From: Myxococcaceae bacterium
GTDB lineage: Bacteria; Myxococcota; Myxococcia; Myxococcales; Myxococcaceae
Length of the DNA: 64,000 nucleotides
Reading direction: 5' to 3'
NCBI GenBank assembly: GCA_044223505.1
Contig: JBGALX010000012.1
Location: forward strand, 26,174-90,173
The notes beneath the pieces were generated by a model. It was given only the letters and a program-made list of their open reading frames with translations, was not told the origin of the DNA and did not search any database. Below are positions 9,328 through 18,018 of the stretch, piece by piece. A program made the position numbers and the translations under genes. Numbering within the stretch: the stretch's first letter is position 1; the number at the start of each line of letters is the position of its first letter.

Positions 9328-10759
9328 GAAGGCTGACGCCGTCTCGAGCGCGGCTGCACGATGCTCCACACAAGTGAGCCTGGGGAATAGAGTCAGCCAC
9401 CGCGTGGTCGAGCGCGTGGGCAAGTACAAGCTCGTCGAGCGAATCGGCGAGGGCGGCATGGGCGAGGTCTATCGCGCCCGGCAAGAGAGCAGCGCGGGTT
9501 TCGCGCGTGACGTGGCGCTCAAGCTGATCCGCCGCGAGGTGGCCGCTGATCCACGCATGCGCGAGCTGTTCCTGCGCGAGGGCCGTGCGCTGGCGGCCGT
9601 GCGCCACCGCGGCGTCGTGCAGGTGCTCGAGCTCGACGCCGAGGGCGACCGCCTCTACCTCGCGATGGAGTACCTCGACGGCGTCGACCTGCGCCGCCTG
9701 CTCACCGCGCACGGCGGCAAGGTGCCGTGGGCGACGGCCGCGTTCATCTGCAGCGAGGTGGCGCTCGCGCTCGGGGCGGCGCACGCGCAGGGCCTGGTGC
9801 ACCGCGACCTCTCGCCGTCGAACGTGATGGTGTGCCGCGACGGGGCGGTGAAGGTGCTCGACTTCGGGCTCGCGAAGCCGACGCACGCGGAGCAGAGCGT
9901 GTCGGGCCTGCAGGGCAAGGTGCACTACGCCTCGCCCGAGGTCATCGTGGGCACGAGCGTCGATCACCGCGCCGACCTCTACTCACTCGGAGTCGTCCTC
10001 TACGAGGCCATCACAGGCCGCCAGCCGTTCGGAGGAGCAACCGACTTCGACACGATGAACCAGGTCTTGCGGGCGGAGGTGCCGGCGCCGAAGACCGAGC
10101 TCCCCGAGCTGGACGAGCTGCTCCTGAAGGCGCTGGCGAAGGACCGGACGGCGAGGTTCCAAGACGGCGAAGCGCTGGCGAGAGCGCTGACGAAGCTCGT
10201 GGGAGACCGCTGCCGAGCGACGGACCTCCCCGCGCTCTTACCGAGTCCCCTCTCCCCTCGTAGGGGAGAGGGACAGGGTGAGGGGGCGGTCGAGAGCAGC
10301 AAGCAGCCGAGAAAGAGTGTGCTGAAGCCGCTGGCAGCGGGAGCTCTCCTGGTAGCGGCGGGGGCGGCAGTGTGGATGATCCAGAAACCGAAGCCTGAGC
10401 CGCCAACTCAACCGCCGCAAGCGGAACCCAAACAACCAGCGCCACCCAAGCCGCAGCCGGCGACAGGAATCCTCATCGTGACGGTCGACCGAGCGGACGC
10501 GCAGATCGAAGTCGACGGGAGCATCCTGGCGACGAACGCGGCGAGGGCGCAGGTCGAGCTCACGGCCGGGAGCCCGCACGAGGTGAAGGTCAGCGCCCCG
10601 GGAGCAAAGCCGTTCAAGCGCTCGGTGACGGTGGGTGAGCGGGGCACCATCGAAGTGAGCGCGACGCTGAAAGCTCCGCCGCCGGCCACGAAGCGGCAAG
10701 CAGCGAGCGACGACGACGACCAGCCGATCAACCCGCTGGCGCGGCCGAAGCGGAAGTAA
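9290..10759 (+). CDS. Ser/Thr protein kinase with C-terminal PEGA domain
   Basis: Kinase motifs GEGGMGEVY, HRDLSPSN, DFGLA, SPE. PEGA-like C-terminus GILIVTVDRADAQIEVDG. The start is uncertain; alternative GTG starts at 9404 and 9416. One palindromic element copy lies in-frame in the linker (SPLSPRRGEGQGEG). Confidence 0.8.
   Translation: MERDAGARTPRAMKADAVSSAAARCSTQVSLGNRVSHRVVERVGKYKLVERIGEGGMGEVYRARQESSAGFARDVALKLIRREVAADPRMRELFLREGRALAAVRHRGVVQVLELDAEGDRLYLAMEYLDGVDLRRLLTAHGGKVPWATAAFICSEVALALGAAHAQGLVHRDLSPSNVMVCRDGAVKVLDFGLAKPTHAEQSVSGLQGKVHYASPEVIVGTSVDHRADLYSLGVVLYEAITGRQPFGGATDFDTMNQVLRAEVPAPKTELPELDELLLKALAKDRTARFQDGEALARALTKLVGDRCRATDLPALLPSPLSPRRGEGQGEGAVESSKQPRKSVLKPLAAGALLVAAGAAVWMIQKPKPEPPTQPPQAEPKQPAPPKPQPATGILIVTVDRADAQIEVDGSILATNAARAQVELTAGSPHEVKVSAPGAKPFKRSVTVGERGTIEVSATLKAPPPATKRQAASDDDDQPINPLARPKRK
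10246..10287 (+). repeat. 40-bp palindromic element copy 2 (in kinase linker)
   Basis: tcccctctcccctcgtaggggagagggacagggtgaggggg. Confidence 0.85.
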
Positions 10760-10770
10760 TCTCGAGCGCG

Positions 10771-11415
10771 GTGCTGATGCTCACGTTGCTCTTGGCGGCC
10801 TCGCCGCAGGTGGAAGCGCTGAACGCGCGGGGGCTCGAGCTGTTCGACAAGAAGCAGTACGAGCAGGGCGTCGAGGAGTTCGAGAAGGCGTACGGGCTCT
10901 CGCCGCTGCCGGGGTTCCTCTACAACATGGCGCTGGGCAAGCGCATGCTGGGGCGCTGCGCAGAGTCGGCGGAGCTGTACCGGCGCTACCTGGTGGCCGA
11001 CCCGAAGGCGAAGAACCGGAAGAAGGTGGAAGCGCGGCTCGAAGAGATGGAGCGCTGCGCCGAGGGGCAGAAGCCGAAGCCGTCGCAAGAGCCGGCCGAT
11101 GAAGCGCCGGTGGTGCTCGAGCCTGCGCCGCCGCCACCGCCACCGCCGCCGGCGGTGGCGGCAGAGCCAGAGCCCAAGCGGAGCAGCCCACTGCCGTGGA
11201 TCTCAGCGGCGCTCGCCGTCGCGGCCGGAGGCACCGCAGCGGGGCTGCTGGTCTCGGCGAAGGGAGACTTCGACCGCTTCAACGCGAGCTGTGCGCCGGC
11301 GTGCATGAGAGCCGACTGGCAGTCGAGCAAGTCGAAAGAGCTGGCGGGCTGGGTGCTGGTCGGCACGGCAGCGACGGCGCTGGTCGTCGCGGTCGTCCTA
11401 TGGGCCATCCACTGA
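10771..11415 (+). CDS. TPR-like protein with Pro-rich spacer and C-terminal transmembrane anchor
   Basis: TPR-like N-terminus, a PPPPPPPP run and a C-terminal TM helix. Follows the kinase by 12 bp. Confidence 0.55.
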   Translation: MLMLTLLLAASPQVEALNARGLELFDKKQYEQGVEEFEKAYGLSPLPGFLYNMALGKRMLGRCAESAELYRRYLVADPKAKNRKKVEARLEEMERCAEGQKPKPSQEPADEAPVVLEPAPPPPPPPPAVAAEPEPKRSSPLPWISAALAVAAGGTAAGLLVSAKGDFDRFNASCAPACMRADWQSSKSKELAGWVLVGTAATALVVAVVLWAIH

Positions 11416-11424
11416 GCGGTGGCG

Positions 11425-12744
11425 CTACCGCAGGCCATGCTTGCGCATGAGCCGCTTGAGCTGAGTGCGCTCGATGCCGCTGGCGCGAGAGGCGGCCTTG
11501 ATGTTGCCGGAGTGTTCCTTCAGCAACCCGACCAGGTAACCCCGCTCGAACTCGCCGAGGGCGGCGGAGCGAAGCTCAGAGAACGAGCCATCGGCCGGAG
11601 CCGTCGCGGCAGTCGAAGGTGCGGCGTCGAGTGAGAGCGAGAGCTCGGCAAAGCTGCGAGCGCCGTGCACGAGCGCGCGCTCGAGCACGTTCCTCAGCTC
11701 GCGGACATTTCCGGCGAACCGATGGCTCTCGAGGCGAGCGAGGTTCGGCCCGTCGACGCCGCCAGGCTCGAGCAGCCCGAGCTCGCGAAGCAGCGCGCTC
11801 ACCAACGTGGGCAAGTCGCCCTTCCTCGACCGCAGCGGAGGCAAGGTGACGGTGAGCACGTTCAGCCGGTAGTACAGGTCCTCACGAAAGCGTCCGGCGA
11901 CGACCTCTTCGGCGAGGTCCTTGCGCGTCCCAGCGACGATGCGCACGTCGACGGCGACAGGAGCCTCGGCGCCGAGGGGCAGCACCTCGCGCTCCTCGAT
12001 GGCGCGCAAGAGCACGCCCTGCAGCGCGAGCGGCACCTCGGCGACCTCGTCGAGAAACAGAGTGCCGCCGGCGGCGCGAACGAAGGCGCCCGGCTTCTCG
12101 ACGGCGGCGCCGGTGAACGCGCCGCGCGCGTGGCCGAACAGCGCGTCGTGCAGCAGCCCGGGCGCGACCGCCCCGCAGTCGAACACCTCGAACGTCGCCT
12201 TCGCGCGAGCGCTGGCGGCGTGAAGCGCGCGGGCGGCGAGCTCTTTGCCCGTGCCGGTCTCGCCGGCGAGCAGCACGGTGGCGTCACTGGCAGCGGCGCG
12301 CTCGAGCAGCGTGAACGCGCGGCGCATGGCGACGCTCTTGCCGACGAGGCCGCCGAACGACTCGCGCGGGCTCGGCTCGATGCCGACGGCCTGGTCCTGC
12401 GTCTCGAGCGCGAGGTGCGTGTCGCCGACCTTCAAGATGGCGCCGGCGGGCAGCGCAATCTCTCCGACGCGCGAGCCCTCGAAGTGGGTGCCGTTGCGGC
12501 TGCCGAGGTCCTTCGCCACGAAGCCGTAGCGCCCGAGCGCGAGCTCGCAGTGCCGGCGCGAGACCTTCGGGTCCTTCAGCACGAGGTCGCAGGCCACGTC
12601 GCTGCCCACCACCACCGGAGCCTTCGCCTTCAGCTCGCGCTGCGCCCCGCGGTCGTCACCGTCGAGCACGCGCACGACGCCCGCCTCGATGCGCGGCAGC
12701 GCGGGAGTCGAGCGGCTCGCCTGCGTTCGGGAGTGCTGGGACAC
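11425..12744 (-). CDS. FHA-domain sigma-54-dependent transcriptional activator
   Basis: N-terminal FHA domain. AAA+ sigma54 interaction motifs GETGTGKE and GAFTGA. C-terminal HTH (Fis-type). Confidence 0.85.
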   Translation of the reverse strand: MSQHSRTQASRSTPALPRIEAGVVRVLDGDDRGAQRELKAKAPVVVGSDVACDLVLKDPKVSRRHCELALGRYGFVAKDLGSRNGTHFEGSRVGEIALPAGAILKVGDTHLALETQDQAVGIEPSPRESFGGLVGKSVAMRRAFTLLERAAASDATVLLAGETGTGKELAARALHAASARAKATFEVFDCGAVAPGLLHDALFGHARGAFTGAAVEKPGAFVRAAGGTLFLDEVAEVPLALQGVLLRAIEEREVLPLGAEAPVAVDVRIVAGTRKDLAEEVVAGRFREDLYYRLNVLTVTLPPLRSRKGDLPTLVSALLRELGLLEPGGVDGPNLARLESHRFAGNVRELRNVLERALVHGARSFAELSLSLDAAPSTAATAPADGSFSELRSAALGEFERGYLVGLLKEHSGNIKAASRASGIERTQLKRLMRKHGLR

Positions 12745-12756
12745 CGCGGCGTCGGC

Positions 12757-12954
12757 TCAGGCCGCCCGCTCGGGCCACTTCCAGGTCAGCATGCCCATTG
12801 GAATCTCTTCGAGCGGCACGCTCGGCAGCGCCTGCTTCACGCGCTCGATGATGAGCCCGTGGTTCTCGTACTGGTTGAGCAGGAACTTCACGTTCTTGCC
12901 GCTCTTCAGCTTCGCGACGAGGTTCACGCCGTAGTCCATGTTGTCGAGCTTCAT
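12757..12954 (-). CDS. Small hypothetical protein (65 aa)
   Basis: Clean ORF with gene-like codon usage, 12 bp upstream of the sigma54 activator. Confidence 0.4.
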   Translation of the reverse strand: MKLDNMDYGVNLVAKLKSGKNVKFLLNQYENHGLIIERVKQALPSVPLEEIPMGMLTWKWPERAA

Positions 12955-12966
12955 GCGCGCGAGCTC

Positions 12967-13713
12967 CTATTGATTCGCCCGCTCGCACGCGTCTTTCTGC
13001 GTGGCGGGCAGCGCGTTCTTCGACGACAGCAGCGGGCACGCGTTGCGGCGAAACGCGTTCGTCTTCGCGGCCACCAGCGCCTGCGTCAGCGGCCCCTTGA
13101 AGTCGTCCCAGCACTTGCCCGACATCTCTTCGGTCTCTTTCTTCCACGAGCCGTCTTCGAGCGCGCCGATCAGCGCCTTGTGAAAGTCGGCGTCCTTGCA
13201 GAGCGACTTGCTGCCGCGATCGAGCGACAGCTTGAAGAGCGGAAACGCGGTCACCGCGATGAGGCGGTTGAGCACGACCTCTTTGGCGAGGCGGTAGGGC
13301 AGGTCGGGCGTTACGGTGTCGCTCTCGGCGAACGTGCGCACGCGCTCGAGCCACGGGTCATCGCCCGACGAGTGCCGCGACGTGCTGAACGACATGGGGA
13401 AGGCCTTCACCGCGACCTCGGCCCGCTTCGTCATGAACACGCGCGACTGCTTCAAGAAGGGGAAGCGCTTGATCAGATCATCGGCCGCGTCGAGCGGCGC
13501 CTCGGCCGTCTCGGGCTTCTTCAGGTCGAACGTGCCGAGCCAGCTGGCCCCGGCGCGCTCGGCGAGGCCCTCCCAGTCTTTGTCACGCTTCGAGGGCGCG
13601 ACGTCGGCCAGGTGCTCGACGAGCTCGGCCCAGCTCTGCTGCTTCTCGAGCGCCTTCAGGTCGGCGAGCTCGTACGGCGTGTTCACGGCCACGGCGACGA
13701 TGAGTGAGAGCAT
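12967..13713 (-). CDS. Hypothetical (secreted?) protein
   Basis: The coherent non-Arg-rich part of track ORF 12967..14460 begins at MLSLIVAVAVNTPYEL; ATG at 13711-13713. Confidence 0.45.
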   Translation of the reverse strand: MLSLIVAVAVNTPYELADLKALEKQQSWAELVEHLADVAPSKRDKDWEGLAERAGASWLGTFDLKKPETAEAPLDAADDLIKRFPFLKQSRVFMTKRAEVAVKAFPMSFSTSRHSSGDDPWLERVRTFAESDTVTPDLPYRLAKEVVLNRLIAVTAFPLFKLSLDRGSKSLCKDADFHKALIGALEDGSWKKETEEMSGKCWDDFKGPLTQALVAAKTNAFRRNACPLLSSKNALPATQKDACERANQ

Positions 13714-13724
13714 GGCGGCGGAAT

Positions 13725-14741
13725 CTACAGTCCATCGATGACCGGCGAGAAGTCTTCCATCTGCGCCTCGGGGAAGCTCGACGCTTCGAGCTTCTTCACC
13801 GCAGCGAGCAGCTCCGACAGGTCGCCGCCGCAGCGCTGCAAGAGCCGCTCGAACGCAGGGCCCCCCGTGTCGTAGGTGCGGTACCCCGCCAGCGTCGCGT
13901 TGTTGTAGTCGCGCTTCGTCTTCAGCTCGGCCTTCAGCGCCGCGAGCAGCTCGGCCTTGCGCGCGCGCTTGTCGTCGTCGCTCGCCGTCGAGGCGTAGAC
14001 GGCCTCGAGCTCTTCGTACGCGCGGTGCAGACGGGCGACGCGCTGGGCGCTGTACGCGTAGGCCTCGGTGTACGCCTTCAGCTCTCGCGGGCTCGCCCCG
14101 GCGCGCGACGACAGCCACTCGGCCGTCAGCTTGTCGGCGACGAACGACGCGAGGCTCTCGTTGAACGACGACTGGCCGGGCACGTACAGCGTCGCGTGCA
14201 CCGACTCGTGCAGCACGGTGTTCGTGAGCCAGCCGAGCGCGTCGGGGCCGTCGCCGATCATGGTCGAAAGCACGGGGTCCTTGAACCAGCCCAGCGTCGA
14301 GTAGGCGCCGGCGCCGCGCACGTCGACGTCGAGGCCCTCGTCGCGCTCGAGCTGCTCGGCGTACGCATGCGCTGCGTGCTCGTCGAAGAAGCCGAGGTAG
14401 GGGACGGTGCCGGCGATGGGGAAGCTCCAGCGCTTCGACTCGAACGCGAGCGGCCGGCACGCCTGAACGACCCAGACGGCGGCGGGCCGGTGCAGGTCGC
14501 TGTAGCGGCCGTAGTTCTCGGTGGCCTTCAGCCCGCGCGACTCGCCGAACGCCTTCATGTCCGGCACCAGCGACAAGAGCCGCTGCACGTGCGGCGGTGT
14601 CGTCGGGTTGCGCACGACGCTCGACAGCGGCCGCCCGTGCGCGATGAGCGAGGCCTGGCCCGCCGCCGCCTGCCCGAGGTAGCGCGCGGTGAAGCAGCCC
14701 GACGCCGACAGCAGCAGCGCGATGAGTGCGGGTCTCGTCAT
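13725..14741 (-). CDS. Predicted zinc aminopeptidase lipoprotein (DUF2265/Aminopep family)
   Basis: Lipobox ALLLSASGC and an HESVH zinc motif. The ATG overlaps the kinase stop as ATGA. Confidence 0.6.
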   Translation of the reverse strand: MTRPALIALLLSASGCFTARYLGQAAAGQASLIAHGRPLSSVVRNPTTPPHVQRLLSLVPDMKAFGESRGLKATENYGRYSDLHRPAAVWVVQACRPLAFESKRWSFPIAGTVPYLGFFDEHAAHAYAEQLERDEGLDVDVRGAGAYSTLGWFKDPVLSTMIGDGPDALGWLTNTVLHESVHATLYVPGQSSFNESLASFVADKLTAEWLSSRAGASPRELKAYTEAYAYSAQRVARLHRAYEELEAVYASTASDDDKRARKAELLAALKAELKTKRDYNNATLAGYRTYDTGGPAFERLLQRCGGDLSELLAAVKKLEASSFPEAQMEDFSPVIDGL

Positions 14742-16414
14742 CGCTTCTGCGGCGGCGGCGACAGCGTCACCCGCAGTGACTTGTCGGCCCGCTCGACGAG
14801 CTGCAGCCACAGCACGCGCGGTGCGTGGCCTTCGCGCTCGAACGTCAGCTCGAAGGGAATGCCGGCCTTGAAGCGCAGCGCGACCGGAGTCGTGCCGAGC
14901 TCGCGGCTGTCGAGGCGGACCTTGGCGCCCGGCGGGTCGGTGTCGAGCATCACGCCGAGCCGGTCGCCGCGGTTGTCGTCGGGGCTCAGCCGGCCCCACA
15001 CCTTGAGCGGAGCGAGAGCGACCGGCGGCGCGACGGGCGCCTCCCTCTCCCCCGTAGGGGAGAGGGGCGGGGTGAGGGGGTCGGTCGGCGCAACGAGAAC
15101 CTCAGCGTCTGGAGTCTCCTCCGCGCCGCTGTCCGCCACTGCCTCTTCCTCAGCCACGGGCGCAGGCGCCGCTTGAACCGCCGGCGGCTGCTCTGCGACC
15201 GGTGCCGGCGCCGGCGCCGGGCTCGGAGGCTGCACGAGAACCTCAGGCGCTCGCCCCTCACCCTGTCCCTCTCCCCTACGGGGGAGAGGGGACGTGAGAA
15301 ACCACCATGCCGCCATCGCGATCGCAGCGACCAGCGCGAGCACCGCGAACATGCGCGAGGTCCCGCGCGCGGGCTTTTCGGGCTCCACCTTCTCGGGCGG
15401 GCTCGTCTTCAGCTCATCCGAGGACAGCTCGATCCACTCGGGCTCGTCGGCCTTCTTCGGCACCGGCAGCATCGACTCGCGCGTGACGGGCACCTGCCCG
15501 TCTTTCTTGTTCAGCGCGCGCATCCACGCCTCGAGCTCGGTGCGCCCGAACGGGGGCAGCACCGACCGCTGCACCTTCTCGAGCGCCGCCACCATCTCCT
15601 GCGCGCTCTGAAAGCGCAGCTTCGGGTCGCGCTTCATCGCCTCGAGCACCACCTTCACGAGCTCCTTCGGCAGCGACGCCTTCACCTTCGCCGGCGACAC
15701 GAACTCGCCCGACGCCACCCGCACCAGCAGCTCCCGCTCGTTCGGAGCCCTGAACGGCGGCTCGCCCGTGAGCAGGTAGTAGAGCAGCGTGCCCGCCGAG
15801 AACAGGTCCGACCGCGCGTCGACCGGCTCCGCGCTCGCCTGCTCCGGCGACATCCACGACGGCTTCCCCGCGACGGTGCCGATCGCCGAGTTCGAGCTGC
15901 GAATTCTCGCCTTCGCGATGCCGAAGTCCGCGAGCTTCACCTCGCCCGTGTCCGACACCAGCACGTTGTTCGGGCACACGTCGCGGTGAACGATGTTCAG
16001 CTTCACGCCCGCGCGCGTGCGCTCGTGCGCGTAGCCCAGCGCGCGGCAGACCTCGGTCACGAGGTACGCGGCCAGCTCGGGCGTCACCGCGACCTTCGCG
16101 GCGCGCGCCCGCTCGAGCAGCTGCTGCAGCGTCCACCCGTCGACGAGCTCGAGCACCAGGAAGTAGCGCCCGCGCGACTCGCCGAGGTCGAGCACCTCGA
16201 CGAGGTTCGAGTGGTGCAGGCCCATCGTGACGTGGGCCTCTTCCACCAGAATGCGGCGGAACATCTCGTCGGCGTACAGCTCGGGCCGAATGCGCTTCAG
16301 CACGACGAGCCGGCGAAAGCCCGCGGCGCCGACCTGCTCGGCGAGGAACACCTCGGCCGTGCCGCCGTCGGCGATTTTTCGCAGCGCCTTGTACCGGCCT
16401 GCCACCGCGGGCAT
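14738..16414 (-). CDS. Ser/Thr protein kinase, membrane-anchored, with C-terminal PEGA-like domain
   Basis: Kinase motifs HRDVCPNN, DFGIA, SPE. A TM helix. Two inverted copies of the 40-bp palindromic element lie in-frame in the Pro-rich linker. Confidence 0.8.
   Translation of the reverse strand: MPAVAGRYKALRKIADGGTAEVFLAEQVGAAGFRRLVVLKRIRPELYADEMFRRILVEEAHVTMGLHHSNLVEVLDLGESRGRYFLVLELVDGWTLQQLLERARAAKVAVTPELAAYLVTEVCRALGYAHERTRAGVKLNIVHRDVCPNNVLVSDTGEVKLADFGIAKARIRSSNSAIGTVAGKPSWMSPEQASAEPVDARSDLFSAGTLLYYLLTGEPPFRAPNERELLVRVASGEFVSPAKVKASLPKELVKVVLEAMKRDPKLRFQSAQEMVAALEKVQRSVLPPFGRTELEAWMRALNKKDGQVPVTRESMLPVPKKADEPEWIELSSDELKTSPPEKVEPEKPARGTSRMFAVLALVAAIAMAAWWFLTSPLPRRGEGQGEGRAPEVLVQPPSPAPAPAPVAEQPPAVQAAPAPVAEEEAVADSGAEETPDAEVLVAPTDPLTPPLSPTGEREAPVAPPVALAPLKVWGRLSPDDNRGDRLGVMLDTDPPGAKVRLDSRELGTTPVALRFKAGIPFELTFEREGHAPRVLWLQLVERADKSLRVTLSPPPQKR
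15041..15080 (+). repeat. Palindromic element copy 3
   Basis: ctccctctcccccgtaggggagaggggcggggtgaggggg. Confidence 0.8.
15254..15293 (-). repeat. Palindromic element copy 4 (inverted relative to copy 3)
   Basis: cccctcaccctgtccctctcccctacgggggagaggggac. Confidence 0.85.
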
Positions 16415-16423
16415 GCGTTCTAT

Positions 16424-17302
16424 TTACGCCCAACGCCCGCCGAAGCACCCGCGTTTCCGCTGCGAGCTGAAGACGCTGAGCGCCAGCGCCGCGAGCGCCA
16501 CCAACGCCGGAGCGCCCGTCGCCGAGCAGCCTCCTTCGGGCTCTGGCTCCGCGATGTGCTCGCTGCCGCCCGACGACCCGCCGCCCGGCGCCTTCGGCGC
16601 GACGACCTCGGCGGTCTTCACCTTCGACGTGTTGCCGTACGGCATGAACGTGCACCACGCCTCGAGGGTGCCTGCTGCCGTCGGCGTGATGTCGGCCTCG
16701 AGGCGGCCCTCAGAGTGGCTCGTGAACACGTGCCGCAGCGCGACGCCGGGCCCACGCACTTCGATGACGCCCTGCTCGCCCTGCTGCGGGCTGGCGTCGC
16801 ACGTCGCGACGAGCCGGTCGGTCTTGCCGGCGGTCGCCTTCTGGCGGTCGGGGCTCGACACCAGCACGAAGAGCCCGGTCATCTCCGGGTCGGTGGTGAA
16901 CGCCTGGTCCGGCCGCGGCACGTCGATGACCGGCGACGTCTCGGCGACGTTGCCGCAGATGCACATCGCATCGTTGACGACCGGGTAGAGCCTCGCGCCC
17001 GCGGGGAAGCGGCTGCTGATCTCGTAGCTCCAGCGGAGCTCCCGGCCGAGGAACCGCCCGTTCGCGGTGAGCGCCCGAACCCCCGGCGCGTTCTGGTGCA
17101 CGAAGTTGACGCCCAGGATGCTGCCCTTGAGCGTGTTGAGCGGCTCCGAGCACGCGCTGCACGCGAGCCAGACCTCTCCCGAGCCGTACGGCGAGCTCGC
17201 CTGTGCCGGGTCGGCGAGCGTGAACGTGGTGCCGGCCTCGGTGACGCTGAGGGCCGACGCAGAGGCTGCGAACAAGAGAACGGCGAGCTGAAGTGAGCGC
17301 AT
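16424..17302 (-). CDS. Secreted protein with MYXO-CTERM-like C-terminus
   Basis: Signal peptide MRSLQLAVLLFAASASA. C-terminus GGCSATGAPALVALAALALSVFSSQRKR. Confidence 0.55.
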   Translation of the reverse strand: MRSLQLAVLLFAASASALSVTEAGTTFTLADPAQASSPYGSGEVWLACSACSEPLNTLKGSILGVNFVHQNAPGVRALTANGRFLGRELRWSYEISSRFPAGARLYPVVNDAMCICGNVAETSPVIDVPRPDQAFTTDPEMTGLFVLVSSPDRQKATAGKTDRLVATCDASPQQGEQGVIEVRGPGVALRHVFTSHSEGRLEADITPTAAGTLEAWCTFMPYGNTSKVKTAEVVAPKAPGGGSSGGSEHIAEPEPEGGCSATGAPALVALAALALSVFSSQRKRGCFGGRWA

Positions 17303-17381
17303 GGTGGGCGCTCGGTTTGAGAAGTCCGCGCCGGGCCAACCGGCTGAATTCACGCCGGCGCGCCGAGCGCACCGTCCGAAA

Positions 17382-17939
17382 TCAGCGGCCGGCCTGTGCG
17401 TCCGCCGCCGCCCGCGACAGGAAGAACCGCGCCGTGGGCAGGTCGCTGTTCGACAGCGCGTCCCTCGCGCGCGCGAGGTTCTCTCGCGCAGCGGGCCCGA
17501 GTGAGCCTTCGACCGCAGTGAGCTGCCCCTCGACGTTCGTGTTCCCCGTCGAGAGCGCCTGGTCCACCGAGCCCAGCGTCACCGCCGCTGACCGCTGCGC
17601 CTCGACCGTCGCGGCCTGGCGCTGATCCGCATCGTTCTTCGCCTTCAGCTCCCCACGAACCGCCTCGAGCTCTTGCACCGCCGCGTCGAGCTTCGTCGTC
17701 TGCGCCTCGAGCTGCGCTTGCAGCTTCGCGAGCTCCGCTGAGTGGTCGGGCCCGGGCACCATCACCTTCTCGACGCGAGTGACTGGGGTGCCTGCGTCGG
17801 CAGTGTTGGAACCGGGAACAGCAGCGGCCTGCGCCGGCGCCTGGGCCGCGGGCTGCTGCTGAGCTGACTCGAGCCGCACCCCACCGTCCTGCGCCGTCAC
17901 CACCGCCGCGACTGCGGCGAGCGTGGAGATCAGCATCAT
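17382..17939 (-). CDS. Secreted coiled-coil protein
   Basis: Signal peptide, a Gln/Ala-rich stretch and a coiled-coil segment. Confidence 0.5.
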   Translation of the reverse strand: MMLISTLAAVAAVVTAQDGGVRLESAQQQPAAQAPAQAAAVPGSNTADAGTPVTRVEKVMVPGPDHSAELAKLQAQLEAQTTKLDAAVQELEAVRGELKAKNDADQRQAATVEAQRSAAVTLGSVDQALSTGNTNVEGQLTAVEGSLGPAARENLARARDALSNSDLPTARFFLSRAAADAQAGR

Positions 17940-18018
17940 GTTTCTTTCCTAACGGGCGCGACCTCGCCCGGCTCGCGGCCTTACCGGCATGCCCATCGGT
18001 CGCCCGACGTCTGACCGC

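Noticed and set aside
7150-9967. N-terminal ~940 aa of the 1209-aa ORF 6338..9967(-)
   Set aside because: Extreme Arg/Ala/Gly/His composition with no motifs. It overlaps the M23 peptidase and kinase genes. Only the C-terminal 270 aa (6338..7149) look protein-like.
14825-17296. 823-aa + strand ORF across the kinase and MYXO-CTERM genes
   Set aside because: Antisense Arg-rich artefact. The opposite strand encodes clear kinase motifs.
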